Source of the DNA: the human T2T-CHM13v2.0 reference genome, Homo sapiens
Direction: 5' to 3' (one strand)
NCBI RefSeq assembly: GCF_009914755.1
Contig: NC_060933.1
Length of the DNA: 64,000 bases
Positions 46,592 to 60,390 of the stretch are shown here, one piece after another. The notes beneath the pieces were generated by a model. The model did no database searches. It saw only the letters and a program-made list of their open reading frames with translations, and was not told where the DNA came from. A program made the position numbers and the translations under genes. The first letter of the stretch is position 1; every line of letters begins with the position of its first letter.

Positions 46592-49047
46592 TATACCTTT
46601 TCTAATAGCCCACAGTTCTTAGATACTCTGTTCTGACTTTTTATTTCTTTTTTCTTTTTGCATTTCAGTTTGGGGAGTTTCTGTGGACTCATCTTTAAGC
46701 TCACTGATTCTTTCCTCAGCTATGTCCAATCTACTTATGAGCCCATCAAAGGCATTATTTATGTTACAGTGTTTTTGATTTCTTGCATTTTCATTTGTTT
46801 CCTTCTTTGCACTTTCATCTCTCTGCTTTTATTACTCACTTGTTCTTGCACTGTCCACTTTTTCCATTAGAACCATTGGCGTATTAATCATAGTTGTTTT
46901 AAATTCCTTGTCTGATAGTTCCCAAATCTGTGCCACACTTGAGTCTGGTTCTGATGCTTGCTTTGTCTCTTCAGACTTTGTTTTTGCCTTTTAGAGTGGC
47001 TTGTAATTCTTTGTTGAAGGCTGGATATGATATAAAAGGAACTGTGATAGATAGGTCTTTAGTGCAAGGTTTTATATTTATGTGACTAGGAGTTAGATTC
47101 TGCTTACTATTTGCTGTAGCTATAGTGTCAGAGACTAAAATTTCCTCTAGTATCCTTGCTTTTGTCTACTCTATTGTCTTTGGGTTTCCTTTGGCACTCT
47201 TTAAATATGGTCAGAGGCCTGCAGTTCTTTTTGCTGTAATCCCCTGTTATTATACAATAGCCTTATTGATGTGGTCGCAAGGTGTGGGAGAAGAGGAAGT
47301 GTTCTCCTGTCCATAATTAAGTCTCAGTCTTTTAGCGAGCCTGAGTTGGATATTTTGTTGATCAGGCTTTGGTAAAACTCCAGCCTGTTAGGTTCTGGTA
47401 AAATAGATTCCCTTAGGGACAAGCTTTTTTAAGGAGATCAGAGAGGTCTGGATGTATTTCAGAGCTTTCCTCTCCCTGCCAGAAGCACAGGGGATATTGA
47501 GAACCTGGTAGGTTTCCTGGAGGTAAAACTCATGAAAGTGCGGGGTGCCCCTGAGACTGGGTCCCTTTGGATTTTTTAACTCACAAGCTAGTCCACACTA
47601 ACCTTCCAGCAATTCACCAATGACAGTTAGTGTTCCTACAGAAAGCTAAGGCCTTCTGCTTCCAGTTTTCTGTTCCTGTTAAGCTATGATTCTCTGTATC
47701 CATGTGTCTGTCTTCCAGGGCTGCAATTTAGCCAATGACCTCAGTTTTCTGATGAACCTAAGCATAGTTGTTGATTTCCAGTTTGTTCAGCTTTTTTTCT
47801 TGTTATGAAGATGGGAGTGATGACTTCTTAGCCCTTCACATATCAGACTGGAACCATAATGAGAATAATAATCAGCTTATTCACCGATTTGTTTTAAGAA
47901 TGGCACTATATTTATTAGATAAATTAATATTTAAGGCATCTAGCTAAGTACAGGGTACATAGGAAGCATTTGATAAATGGCAGATACTATTATTAATATT
48001 CCTAAAGCCATTTTAAAAAGCTAAGAATGAATAAATCACTAGATTGGAAAGTTAATGTATTATCAGTGAATGTTGGAATATGTCAGGTGTCTCTTATTGG
48101 ATGCTCTTCAGATCACCACTTACAGCTAGTGAAACTCTCCCATCTGGAGAGTCCCACCCAAAAGTTTCCAAATGAAAATATTTAGTCAGTGTTTAGACAC
48201 CACATGAAAAACAAAACAAAACAAAACTGATCTTAAGCATCATAAAGTATTTCAAATATTACCAAATTATCATTAGCAGGTGAAAATAAATATTTGCAGC
48301 AAAATATCTGAGTCTTCATTATATTTCCTATGCAAAGGGCCATTGTACAGGTCTTTTATAAAAAAAATGTTAACCTGTGAAAAAGAATTAACTCCTAGAA
48401 GGAAACTCAATAAACCTAAGTAACTTTTATTACCATCCTAATCACCTCCTCTTTTTCTCCTACTGAGGCCAACTCAAAGCACATTTTGAAATTAAATGAG
48501 GAATTCTGAAAAGCAAGATTGCAACTTAATAAAGTTGTCAATATTGAAAATTTAGTAGTTTCAGTTTAGTTAATCTCGCTGCATTTTAAGCTCTTTAAAT
48601 TATATCTGAATGTTATTATCTAAGTTTAGTCTATTATCTTATCAATGTATACCCTACTTTCATGACCCTCAGGTTATAGGGGATATAATTTATAAGTGAA
48701 ATATGTTGAAAGCATCATTTTTGTCATTAATTATCAAACATAAATCATCTGTCATTTCTCCTTCAGGGTAAGAAATCAATTTCTCTTAGGGGAAAGAAAA
48801 GCTGTCCTCCTGTAGATGCGAATGGCTCTTTCAATAATCACCTTCAGTTTCCTTGAACATTTTTTGTTTTTGTTAACAAGTATTTAACTACTTACTCTAT
48901 TTGTTCCTTTTATTCAAACTACAAAGCAATGTACTGGTAAAGTATCATGCCACAGACAGTGATTCAGCGTCTATCAACAAAATTATCCACAAGTGGAAAG
49001 ATCTCTAGGACCTTGCTAAAGTGTGGTCTATATACCAACAGCATTGG

Positions 49048-49595
49048 TGTATTAGTTATTCAAGCTGCATAACAAATATCCCAAATCTTAACAACTTAAA
49101 ACAGCAAACATGTATTATCTCACAGTTCTATATTAGGGAGTCTGGGCACAGATCAAGTGAAGGCCCCTGGATCGGGGTCTCTCACAAATCTGCCATCAAG
49201 GTGCCTTGATGAGGCTGCAGTCATCTCAAGGCTCGATCCAGGGAGGATCCACTTCCCAGCTCAATCACATGGCCAGTAGCAGTCGACAGGTCTATGTCCT
49301 TGCTAGCTGTTGTCCAGAGATCTCAGTTCCTTACTTTATGCATCTCACAAGGGGCAGTTCACAGCATTGTAGATGGCTTCATTCAGAGCAAGCATTTGAG
49401 AGAGTGTGCCCAAGGCAGAAGCCACAATCTTTTTGTAACCTTTTCTCAGAAATGACACCTCATCATTTTTGCCATAGTCTATTATTTAGAAATAAGTCAA
49501 TAGGCCCATCCGATACCAGGATAGGGAACTACGTAAGGATGTAGATACCAGAAGAGGGTGGTTATTGGGAGATATCTTTGAGACTGCCTACCACA
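49048..49595 (-). mobile_element. MaLR solo LTR (MLT1F/G-like) inserted in a MER5-like element (about 49003-49047 and 49596-49712)
   Basis: tgtattagtt...gctgcataacaaat...ttatctcacagttct and gactgcctaccaca; perfect 5-bp TSD attgg; MER5-like flanks (aaagtgtggtc / gaacttgttagaa...ttttaacaagat). Confidence 0.82.
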
Positions 49596-50462
49596 ATTGG
49601 TAACAACTGGGAACTTGTTAGAAGTACAGAATCATAAAACTGGTGAGCAAAATTTAAATTTTAACAAGATTTGATCCATAGGTACATTCAAGGTTGAAGA
49701 TCTCTGCTCTAGGAGCAGCGCCCATCCATTTTATTCTGTTGCAGAGATTGCTTCCTCACTTATTTTTACTCACTCTCTGTTGCCTTTGTAAGAAATACAG
49801 AGATCACTTTTCTTTTCAAGTCAGTTCTCCCCTACAAAAAATTTTACAAAGTAAGTTTACTAAAGCACTACTGGGCTGCACATAGCGTGTAGGAAATAGA
49901 ATTGGGAGAATGAAGAAGAAATATGGGGCATAAGATCCACGGCAAACAGATTTAATTATAGTATCAAGAAATTACTAAAAGAGAAGATAAAGCATTTGAG
50001 TAGAAAAGATGTCAGGAATCATGTAAAAATAGAGATTACAGTCCTATCTCCTCAACAATCTTCAAATGCATTGCTGAACAACTCTGCATTATAAAGCCTA
50101 CTGTTTATAACAGTGGCCTCTTATTTTAGAAATATAGCCATCAAAAATTATTATAATACAAAAGCATAAATGTTCAACTGAGTTTAGATACCTGGCTTAT
50201 TCCCTTTTTCAGTATATTTCATGTCTCAACAATGCTGAGTCATTTATATTCAGTTTTTGAAATCTTTCCAGAAAAGACACTAAAAACTTTGGTATAAATA
50301 TTTTACATCTATCTCAAATTTTATTCAATGGAAAAGATAAGATTACCTTCAGATTTTAATTACGTCTAGAAAAATAAAAGCCCTAAGGGGTAAAATGCAA
50401 GTCTCTAATCTGCTTATTACAAAATGCAATCAATTAAGTAAAGCCTTCATTCCGTACCTCCT

Positions 50463-51487
50463 CAATGGTACACTGAAGCTAATATCTACTGAGATGTGTG
50501 AGCTTTTTGTTAAATTTTCAGGAGTTTTGTGAACTAGTTGCCAATCACAGACATTATTAAAATTTAAAGTATTTATATAAACCTACTAGTTAAGTATTTA
50601 TATAAACCTATAATTTAAAACAAAGGTAATAAATACTCAAAATTCATGGCATCCTAATTATTTTACTACATTTTACTTTCATGATTTTTTGAGGTTTTTA
50701 AAACATCTATTTTATTCACAGGGTGAAAATACCGTATATGCTCTAGTACCGAGTATCTCTTATCAATCCCATGTTTATGTTTAAGGACATTCTATAGACA
50801 GATTCAAATTGGCCATGTAGGAGTATTTATGCTACAGAAATTTAAAAACACTATAAAGCAGAACTTGATTTTTATTTTATTGGTTGTCTAGACTTAAGTG
50901 ATAGAGAAAATTTTAATACTGCAGATTGAAATTGAAATTTGTGGCATGTCCCTAGTTATTACATTTCCAATAGTGCCAAAAAAAGGAAATATTCTCCATG
51001 TATTTGAAAACTGTTATTCAATTCAGTGAAGAAATTGCTGACATCATTGATGAACCAGTAAAATTCCAACATAACCCATGCTGAGGCTGAAACAAATTTC
51101 AGTTTAATTAATATAGTTTTCACTAAGTGAAAAATAATTTAACAGTGGATCACATATCAGGTGTAACAATAACAATTATTGAGGAATGAATTATCAATTG
51201 AGATTAACTGTATTTGTGACATTTTGTTTGAACTGCGTCCATAGTTTGCTATACATACAACAGTTCAGCAAGAATAAATAAAACATTCTCTGAAATCAGT
51301 TGGTTATATGGAATTGACAATAAAAAGTGCTGTATATTTTATTATTATCTGTCAAGTGTGTGTTATACATCTTCTATATCAGCAAAATTTGTATTATATT
51401 TTGTAGTATATATGCATGCATGTGTGTGTGTGCATGTTTATTTTTCCCAGGAAGCTGCTTGTTAAACATTTACTGGCACACTACCCT
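50463..51487 (+). mobile_element. MER63-like hAT transposon (long form)
   Basis: gttaaattttcaggagttttgtgaactagttg, aaaggtaataaatactcaaaa, terminal gttaaacatttactggcacactac; contains a 25-bp internal tandem duplication at about 50567-50610. Confidence 0.72.
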
Positions 51488-54400
51488 GTGTCCTTCCCTT
51501 ACAATGTAACTGTGGCCACTACAGATCACGGAGGAGCACATTAACATGCCCTGGTCTACCATGTGAAAAGAATATCTTAAGTTCTAAATTGAAAAGACAC
51601 ACATGCACAATACTTACTATAAATTAGTGGAAACACTTCTCTGGTCTGTGTTCAATGTGAAAAACTTCTCTGCTGTGAATATGGGGAGTCCATGTTTTCA
51701 TTAGATCATTCTAAATGAATCTCGGCTCAGGTGATTTATAGCCGATTGCATCAGCCTAAATTACTCTTTGCACATTCATGTTGAAAATATTCAGGGAAAC
51801 AGTTTTCACTGTATTAGATTATGGAAAAGGAATTGACATCACAGGCATCTAAGTATCAATTGGACCTAGAATCTGATGAAATCATACTGAAAAGCTGCAT
51901 GTATTACTTTGGCAATCAGATGACTCACCAGCAGAAACTGTACAGATCTCACGAGCAGGCCTGGTGGCCGGAATTTATGCTTATGATTCACAGGAGTCAC
52001 ATGTGCTCCTTTCAAATACACCAGATACAGCTTTCTACTTTATCAAAACAACATCAATCAGTCCACTGTGCTGATGACAGTATTTTTATGTATGTAATTT
52101 AGTCCTTGGGGAAATTACTTTTCTATAACGTTCTGGGAAAAGAGTGAACTGTTTCAGTTATTGTTCAGTTCCACATATAAACAACAAAAATGGAGGAAGA
52201 CAAAGCTGACTGATGTGAAAGGGAATCCTCTGTTGCCCAGTTAGAAACAAATTTTGTTGTAAATTTTGAACTGACTGAGAAAGTGAAAGAAAGCTTTGGT
52301 GGAAGGAACAGCACTGACTTTTGCATAATTGTAGGCTTTTCACCTGAAGCATTCCAAACCAAAAACAGTGAGTGGAAATGTTGTACAGTGTCTTCTCAGG
52401 CTGCAAAAAGATGATAATATTTTTATGGATCTTCTGAGAAAACAGAGGAGTGATTTATAAGTATAGATATTGAAAACACTGCTGGAAATTTTAAGGATGG
52501 GTAGGCAGAAAATCTTCTGTGATCATCAAATTGAGGATGTCCTGAATTTGGAGAGAGGGCAAATTTGAACACAAGGAGCTTATGCAAAAGGAACAAGCAA
52601 ACAAACTGGAATAAATTGCTGGAAAAACAATACTCCAAGTGCTTTTAAACAGCTCTTCAGTTTATATAGACTTTTAAAAATATATTCTAAAATAAATGTG
52701 GATAGAAAAGAGGCCCTGACAGAACTAAACTCTCTTCCACCAACTACAAATCAGAGAGAACGATGATTAGTTTCTCCTAATGAGAAACTAGGGTTAGAGC
52801 ATCACATTAAAAAGCAAGTCTAATCTTTCTTCCTTCAATGTATGTGACTATGGACTTGCAAAGAAGTCCTTCTTCCTTCTAATTCATATTACAGCTTGCA
52901 GGATGGTTGGGATTTACATCTTGAATATTGTGGATTTTACCATACAAATGTATAACTAGGAGGTGGCCTGCTTTTATCTGACTAGTTGACATTCATAAAT
53001 AAAAGGGTAACAATAATGGAGGAGGGCTTTATGAGAAACCTGAGTATATGATGCTATCCAAGGCTCCAGAAAGGCAAAAAATGTCCCTATTTGGAAGATA
53101 TATTCAGCAGCTCATGTGCACATTTCAGTTAATATATAGACATATTAAAGATGATATGCACGTTTGTCTTGGAGTGGAATACAAAAATGATTTTTATTCA
53201 AACCCAAATGGTGAGAGCAAAAATTATTATGACAAAATTTCTGATAAAGTACCTCAAATTAACATCAAACCCAAACTTCTAGCCTTAGCCATGAGTTTTT
53301 ACCAGCTACATCTTTTGCTGGAGTTACTGAGCAGCAGAATTGATTCTTCTGTCTCCTCTATAGCCTGAATAATTTTCTCATAACGTAAACAATTTCGTAA
53401 TCAAATGGCCACAGGAATGGCAAAATATCAGAGAATATGTCGAAATGGAAGGAAATCCTGGGATTATCTGATCTGTAGACTCTTCCTATTAAATTAAACA
53501 TTAAATGCCTGAAATGTTATAAGACGTTATTAAATATCTGAAACGAAATCTCAGTATGAAAAGCAGATATGTTAGGTGGATGCCTCAGTTGAATTCAGTC
53601 TTCTTATTGGGTAAGATTAGTCTTTGTTCACAGAACTACTTTACCACCTTCACTGAGTCCCATGGTTCACTGCAGCTCGGAATGAAATCTCCTGATTTTT
53701 CTTCATGTATAAGGAAACTGAGGTCCTGTATGCCAAGCCACTTTCCCCAAAGGTCAAATAGGAAGATAGTGGCAGTGGCAGATTGGAGTCAGTACCATGT
53801 TCCTCATACAACACCACAAAGAAGTCAACTTGGTTAGCAACCAAAACTCCGACTGCATTTTTTTCTTAGATTCCATTGTGCCAATGCATAACCTTTGTAT
53901 TCTTTCAATTTTTAAATGGCACTCTAGAAGAAAAAAAGATATCTGGGAAAGTTTGCTGTTAAGAATATTTTCTCCTTCAAGATTCCTCATTTCAAGTTCT
54001 ACCATAGACTCAGTTCATCACCTGTCAAAAAAATGACATGAAATCTCAACATTCTCCCTAAAATACAGAGACCTGTGACATCATAATCCTGAAGCCTGAG
54101 AGACTAAGTAGGAAGCTGAACCATATGACATAAACTGTAAGGACCAGAGTAGAGGAGGGGAAGTGAAGAGGAAAAGAGGAAAGGACATCCACATCTCTTT
54201 GGACCTTTGGACCGATCAGTCTAAACCTTATTTTTGTCGTTGTTGTTTTTTGGTACATGTCCTGGTTGTTTGTTCCCTTTGTTCAGTTCATTTTGCCAAG
54301 TGTTTACAGAACACCCATGCTGTGCTAGTATCGGTTATCACCTCTGAACAAATAGAATAATGTTTGGAGTGTGACTTACACCTTGAAGTCCACTTCCTTT

Positions 54401-55717
54401 TAGAGATACTATCTCATATTCTGTAAATTTAAGCTAGGAATAACCTCACACCAGTTACTCGGTGTTTGAATCTGGAGAAGGAATAGAAGGCATTATCTGC
54501 TGGGAACGCTTCAATATTGAAATGTTCTTTCCCGAAGCTACTTTTTTTTTCCCTCTCAAGTCACATATTACTGACCCACAGCAAAACCCGAGATTCCAAC
54601 AGACAATCCAATCTGAAGCAAAGTTTCTTATTCAGATGTTGGACAGGTACTAATTCAGCACCTACTTGTGTGAGATACTCTTCCAGGTTTTGGCATAGAG
54701 TGGTGACCAGGAAAGATCAAGACCCAAGCACTCTGTGGTGCTTCCATGCTCATGGGGGGAAGAGAAAATAATAAGTAAATCCATTAGAAAGATTATGATT
54801 TCAACTAGTCATAAATATGATGAAGGAAATATACATGGAAATGTAATATTAATCAAGGCATGGGTATTGCATATTATGATTGATCAGGAATCAGTTTCTC
54901 CTAGGAGGTGACATTTAAACTCAGACCTTTAGGAGATCTCAACTCTCAGTATCCTCAGAGTCAAGTTGAGGGACCTTATAAGACTCCAACAGAAGGAACC
55001 ACACAGTTTCATGCTGCAAGGGCAAGGCTACTCTATTTTTAATTGATGGCTAGACTTCATTAAGACTGAAATGAATAACAGTGAGGAAAGGCGGGGCAGC
55101 TACTAGAGACAGAAGAGTCATTGTGATTTAGTTGTTTGGTGAATTGCTCATACTTTCAAGGGTCATCGGTAGCATAACTGCACCTTGGTGCTTGGAGAAA
55201 GCAGAGTGCAGCAGCTGGGCCAGCCCAGGACTCTCTGTGCCTGGAGCTCCTGGTAATGGACCTGCCAGCGTGTGAACTGACGTGCCCAGCGCTCCCACGG
55301 TGGGAAGCTGTTTACTCTCTCCCGGGAGGACACAGGGTTAGACATAGTTGAATCTATAATCATTATCAACCAGATCAACACGTTCTAACTGACTTGCTTG
55401 TGTCGTTTTTTTCCCCAACAGTAGTTCAATGGCCTGTGAATGTTTTGCTTCCACTAAAAAAAAAAAAAAAAAAGATTTTCTTATTTAAATAAGTCATTTC
55501 ATGGTCAAAGGAAGCTTTTGTTACTTCATAGTCCACTCCTCTTTTCTTCTTACTGCTTAATAAAACTGAAAAACTTGTACTTGATGCAGCCACTGTGTAA
55601 GTCAGAGAAAAATTGCTGACAAAAAATGTATTCTAAGTATGTTTTAACCCCTGGTGGCATAGTTGTTAGGAACGTGTATTACTACTGTCTTAAGAGCTAA
55701 ACTTTCACAGTTCCTAA

Positions 55718-55771
55718 AATTATGGCTATTTCCAAAAATCAACCAATTATGACTATTTCCAAAAATCAAGC
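55718..55771. repeat. 27-bp tandem duplication
   Basis: aattatggctatttccaaaaatcaacc / aattatgactatttccaaaaatcaagc. Confidence 0.9.
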
Positions 55772-56997
55772 AATGCTTAGTACAGACCTTAAGATAAGGA
55801 AGAAATGTGAGACATGGCTTCTTTCTTTAAGGAGCTCACAGCCTAGTTGAAATTGCTAAAAGACAATCATTGGCAGTATATGACAGTACAAAGTTAAGCT
55901 ATGTTAGGAGATAAGCTAACAGGACGGTAGTGGTGAAGCAGGCCAGCAGAGGAGGCTGGAGCCCTCAAGTAGTGCTTGACGAGAGAAGTATGACTTGAAG
56001 AATGGGGAGTATTTGGAGAGGAAGAGAGTGAAGTTTTTCAAGAATGGGGAATGACAGAGGAGCATGCCCAGAGCTGGGAATGGGCTGGAACATTTTCATG
56101 GGAGAGGGTGGAGATGTGAATAAATGCAGCCGTGATTTATTTGGGTGGCTATTGGGAAATGGTCAGATTGATATTCTGCCATGGCTTATAAGGGGCCAGC
56201 ATGTTTTATCAGCTACAGATGCCTGCTGAATGATTTTGCAAAAGTTTGACTCATATTGATTTTTCTGGGCTGCTCAGTGGACCTAGGCAAATTGTTGGTG
56301 ATTTATAAATGTTTGTTATATTACTTGTAACTTGACCATTGTCTTCCTGGCTCATAGGGTGTGCGGAGGAATTTAAACATAAAGACTGTCAGAAACCTCC
56401 TTCCTCAACATAAAGTCATTGCAAGGTTATTGAGACACCCCAACAAATAGAGGGGCTTCTCAAGGCTAAGTTCACATCCTTCTGTTCATGAACGTCTCAG
56501 TGAAAAGTAATTTTCTTTGTTACTTCCTGTGCAATTTATTTTTAGTGCTTTGTTCAGAGAAGATGAAGTGACTCAAGTCACTTCAGTATTCCAGCAAAAT
56601 TAATGGATTTTAAATTGTACTTTATGTTTTTTGTATTCATAGATATATTTTTATTCTTTTGAAACCTGTACAATCTTGCATCTCTTGCAGTTATTAATGG
56701 AAATTCCATCTCTCCTAATGTTTATTCATCATGTTCCCTCAATCCAAAGTTCCTCTTCAGTTATGGATTAACTCCTCATACAGAAATATTTTTACAATAC
56801 AAATGAATACTTTTGAGGACAATTCGCTCTTTTCTTCCTTACAGTTTGAGTCATCCAAGAATGAATGTCTGATAATTCCAGAAACTGACATAAATCTGAA
56901 TTAGCTCTGGATCCTAAAGAAAGAATTAGCATGACCCAGACTTTTGGGTTAGTAACCCAACTGGAGGGACAGAAATCGGTTTTTAAACCATAGAGAA

Positions 56998-57449
<452 letters not shown>

Positions 57450-57548
57450 TTACAGTAAACTGTGGGACCTGCAAAGAGACCCTGCTTTGTGGCTGTGGAG
57501 ATAGATATCCCTGAAGTAACTTAGAGCTATCAGAAGGACCACACACCT

Positions 57549-57955
<407 letters not shown>

Positions 57956-58712
57956 TCAGATATACAGAAATATTTGTACACTTCGTCTCATAAATTGGAT
58001 CAGCCTAGTGTATCACCCATCCTTTGGATTCAGGGAATATTAGAGCAATTTGGTTCTTAAAAGCAAAAGCATTATTCAGCACTGTCTATGTTGATATAGT
58101 CATAAAGAATACAGGTCTTTTTTGTACTCTTAACTCTTTTCTATAGATTTATCTTTCTTCATGTGTAAAATGAAGACAAAAATAATAATACCTGTCATAC
58201 AGTGTTATTAGATTTTGCTAATGAATGCTGAACTTTTATGATGGTGCTTGGCACATTATCACTCCATAATCAGAGGCTTTTAGAGGCTTCTACGATGCTG
58301 AGGATGACTCCTTAATTTGTTCACCTTCCTTTTCTCCCCACGACTCAGGACCCACGTATATACGCCAACGTAAACATTAATAAACTTAATCTGGCCAAAG
58401 AGAAAATAAATTTTGTAGTAGAGAACCTGCCATTCAGTATGATATGTTCAGGCCACTTGGTTAGGGTCAGGGATGCAGCAGGGGTTTTATTGTGCCTTTT
58501 GGAGCCTGATGCATCTGGCAGGAAGTGAGTTTTTTTTATTATAACTCCTACCATCAGTCAGCAATTATCAAAAAGTTCCTGACAACCAGTCCACTTATAT
58601 TTTATTCTGTGAATTTAAAATTCTGAACTGCAGCAGACAGTCCCCAGATGAATTTGAGGCCTTTCGAGAGTGTAAAATGGCTGGAATATCTTTCTTCTCT
58701 CTTTGTCCATAG

Positions 58713-59087
58713 GTTAACCTCAGAGCCACAGACGTCAGGCTCATGCGCCAGTTGCTTGTAATCAATGAGAGCATCGAGTCCATCAAGTGGATGATCGAAG
58801 AAAAAGCCACCATTACCAGCAGAGGCAGCAGCCTCAGTGGCAGCCTGTGCAGTTTGTTGGAGAGTCAGAGCACCTCCTTACGTGGCAGCTACAACAGCCT
58901 ACACGATGGCAGTGATGGGCTGGATGGCATTTCCGTGGGAAGTTATCTGGACACGTTGGCGGATGATGTCCCAGGCCATCAGACCCCTTCAGACTTGGAC
59001 CAATTCAGTGACAGCTCCCTCATAGAGGACTCACAGGCACTACACAAGCGTCCTAAATTGGATTCTGAATACTACTGCTTTGGCTAG
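58713..59087 (+). CDS. LURAP1L: LURAP1L coding exon 2 (aa 108-231: VNLRATDVRLMRQLLVINESIESIKW...KRPKLDSEYYCFG*)
   Basis: Polypyrimidine tract tttcttctctctttgtccatAG (AG 58711-58712), then GTT AAC CTC..., in frame with track ORF 58743..59087. Phase 0 matches exon 1 and gives LRQEM|VNLRATDVRLMRQL, the LURAP/FAM89-type motif. TAG ends at 59087. Confidence 0.97.
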   Translation, partial: VNLRATDVRLMRQLLVINESIESIKWMIEEKATITSRGSSLSGSLCSLLESQSTSLRGSYNSLHDGSDGLDGISVGSYLDTLADDVPGHQTPSDLDQFSDSSLIEDSQALHKRPKLDSEYYCFG

Positions 59088-60390
59088 TGACAGTTTTTTG
59101 CATGGGACTGGTGTGCAATGAACTTGTATTTATCCTTCTTCTCCGCTGCTATATTTTTGGTGTGATTTTTATTTTAATAAGATGACCTTTTTAAAAGAAG
59201 CTGATTTTGAAACTGCTTAATGGTATTGCTGTTGCTCCTAATACTTCTCATCTGAGCTGATTTATTTTTCTCTGTTACATCTCTATTTTTTATTTATTAC
59301 AATGATTTTCTCCCTTCTTTTACAGTAGCACAAACAAAGTAGGGGGAAAAGAATAAGCAATAATTATGTTTTTGCTTTTGTTTTCAGAGCAATGGGTCAG
59401 GGATTACAAGAAAAACTTTGCTAAATTTTACAATAAACCAAAGTCTGATAACAGTTAATGTTGCTGCTTGCGTCCTTAAATGACTTAAGGTTTCATCTTC
59501 CAGAAGATATTGAGATATATTACTGTTTGCATATCAGGTTGAACAAAATGCTTGGAACAAAATTAAGCATTATTTCTAGACCACAACATTCTAGTGTATA
59601 ATCAACCATACTGTTAGTCACACACGCCCACATGACAATCATCTGAAAGTCCCCAACTATACACATTCTGTTCAACCAACTCACCCTTGTGTTGGTACTT
59701 TAGATTAACATTTTGTCATCAGTGATTCTAACTCAAATCATATGTTTATTTGTGTAATAAAATGTATTATTCTCCCAAATTTCAAGGAATAATTGAGATT
59801 AAGTATGGAGGCCATTCAAGGCAAAAATGTCCTAAATTTAATTGCATTTTGAGATTTTGTTGGCATTTACTTGTATGTATTTTGTGATTCTGATAGGATG
59901 TATAAATACTTAGATGCATACAAGCCGATGGATAGAAAGACAGATAAATATCCCGATAGCCTACTATCAGCATCCTACTACTGCTTCCCTAAAGCAGAAT
60001 TGTTATTCATTTAAGAAGTCTAATATGATATACATTCATCCTAGTATAAATAAATAATCTCTAAGTTTTCTGAAATGGAATATTTAACGCACATAGACAG
60101 TGGATATTTACTTTAAATATAATGTTATTAATCCTCTGCATTTCTTTTATCTTGATAACTCCTAGTGAGGGAATCTAATTAAGATTTCATGCTGTTCTTT
60201 GTAATGATAAATGTTTCCGGACTAAACACTCTATAATACAAATCAAAAAATCTTCCTTCTTATAACTGAGAAATGTTTCACCCAAATTTCCTTTGTTATT
60301 ATATATTTACTACACATGTTGAATTTATTATTGTTTATTTCCAAGGCATGTATTATTCAATTTCTAATTAAAATATATCAGGGCTTATAT
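59088..60390 (+). other. LURAP1L: LURAP1L 3'UTR with several candidate polyA signals
   Basis: U-rich, repeat-free sequence after the stop; AATAAA at 59432, 59756 and 60049, ATTAAA at 60367. The true 3' end is uncertain. Confidence 0.6.

Larger units (their letters stand above)
44885..47855 (-). mobile_element. Old L1 (L1MC/MD-like) 5'UTR, ORF1 and inter-ORF portion with nested insertions
   Basis: Minus-strand ORF1-like peptide (NNTCIMGILEGGEKKEQ); 5'-end motif gatgggagtgatgacttc...catatcagactggaacc; gggtttctagtagaca...gggtcttgtt region. Confidence 0.72.

Noticed and set aside
58743-59087. 114-aa ORF as a stand-alone gene
   Set aside because: It is LURAP1L exon 2; the frame extends upstream to a good acceptor at 58712.
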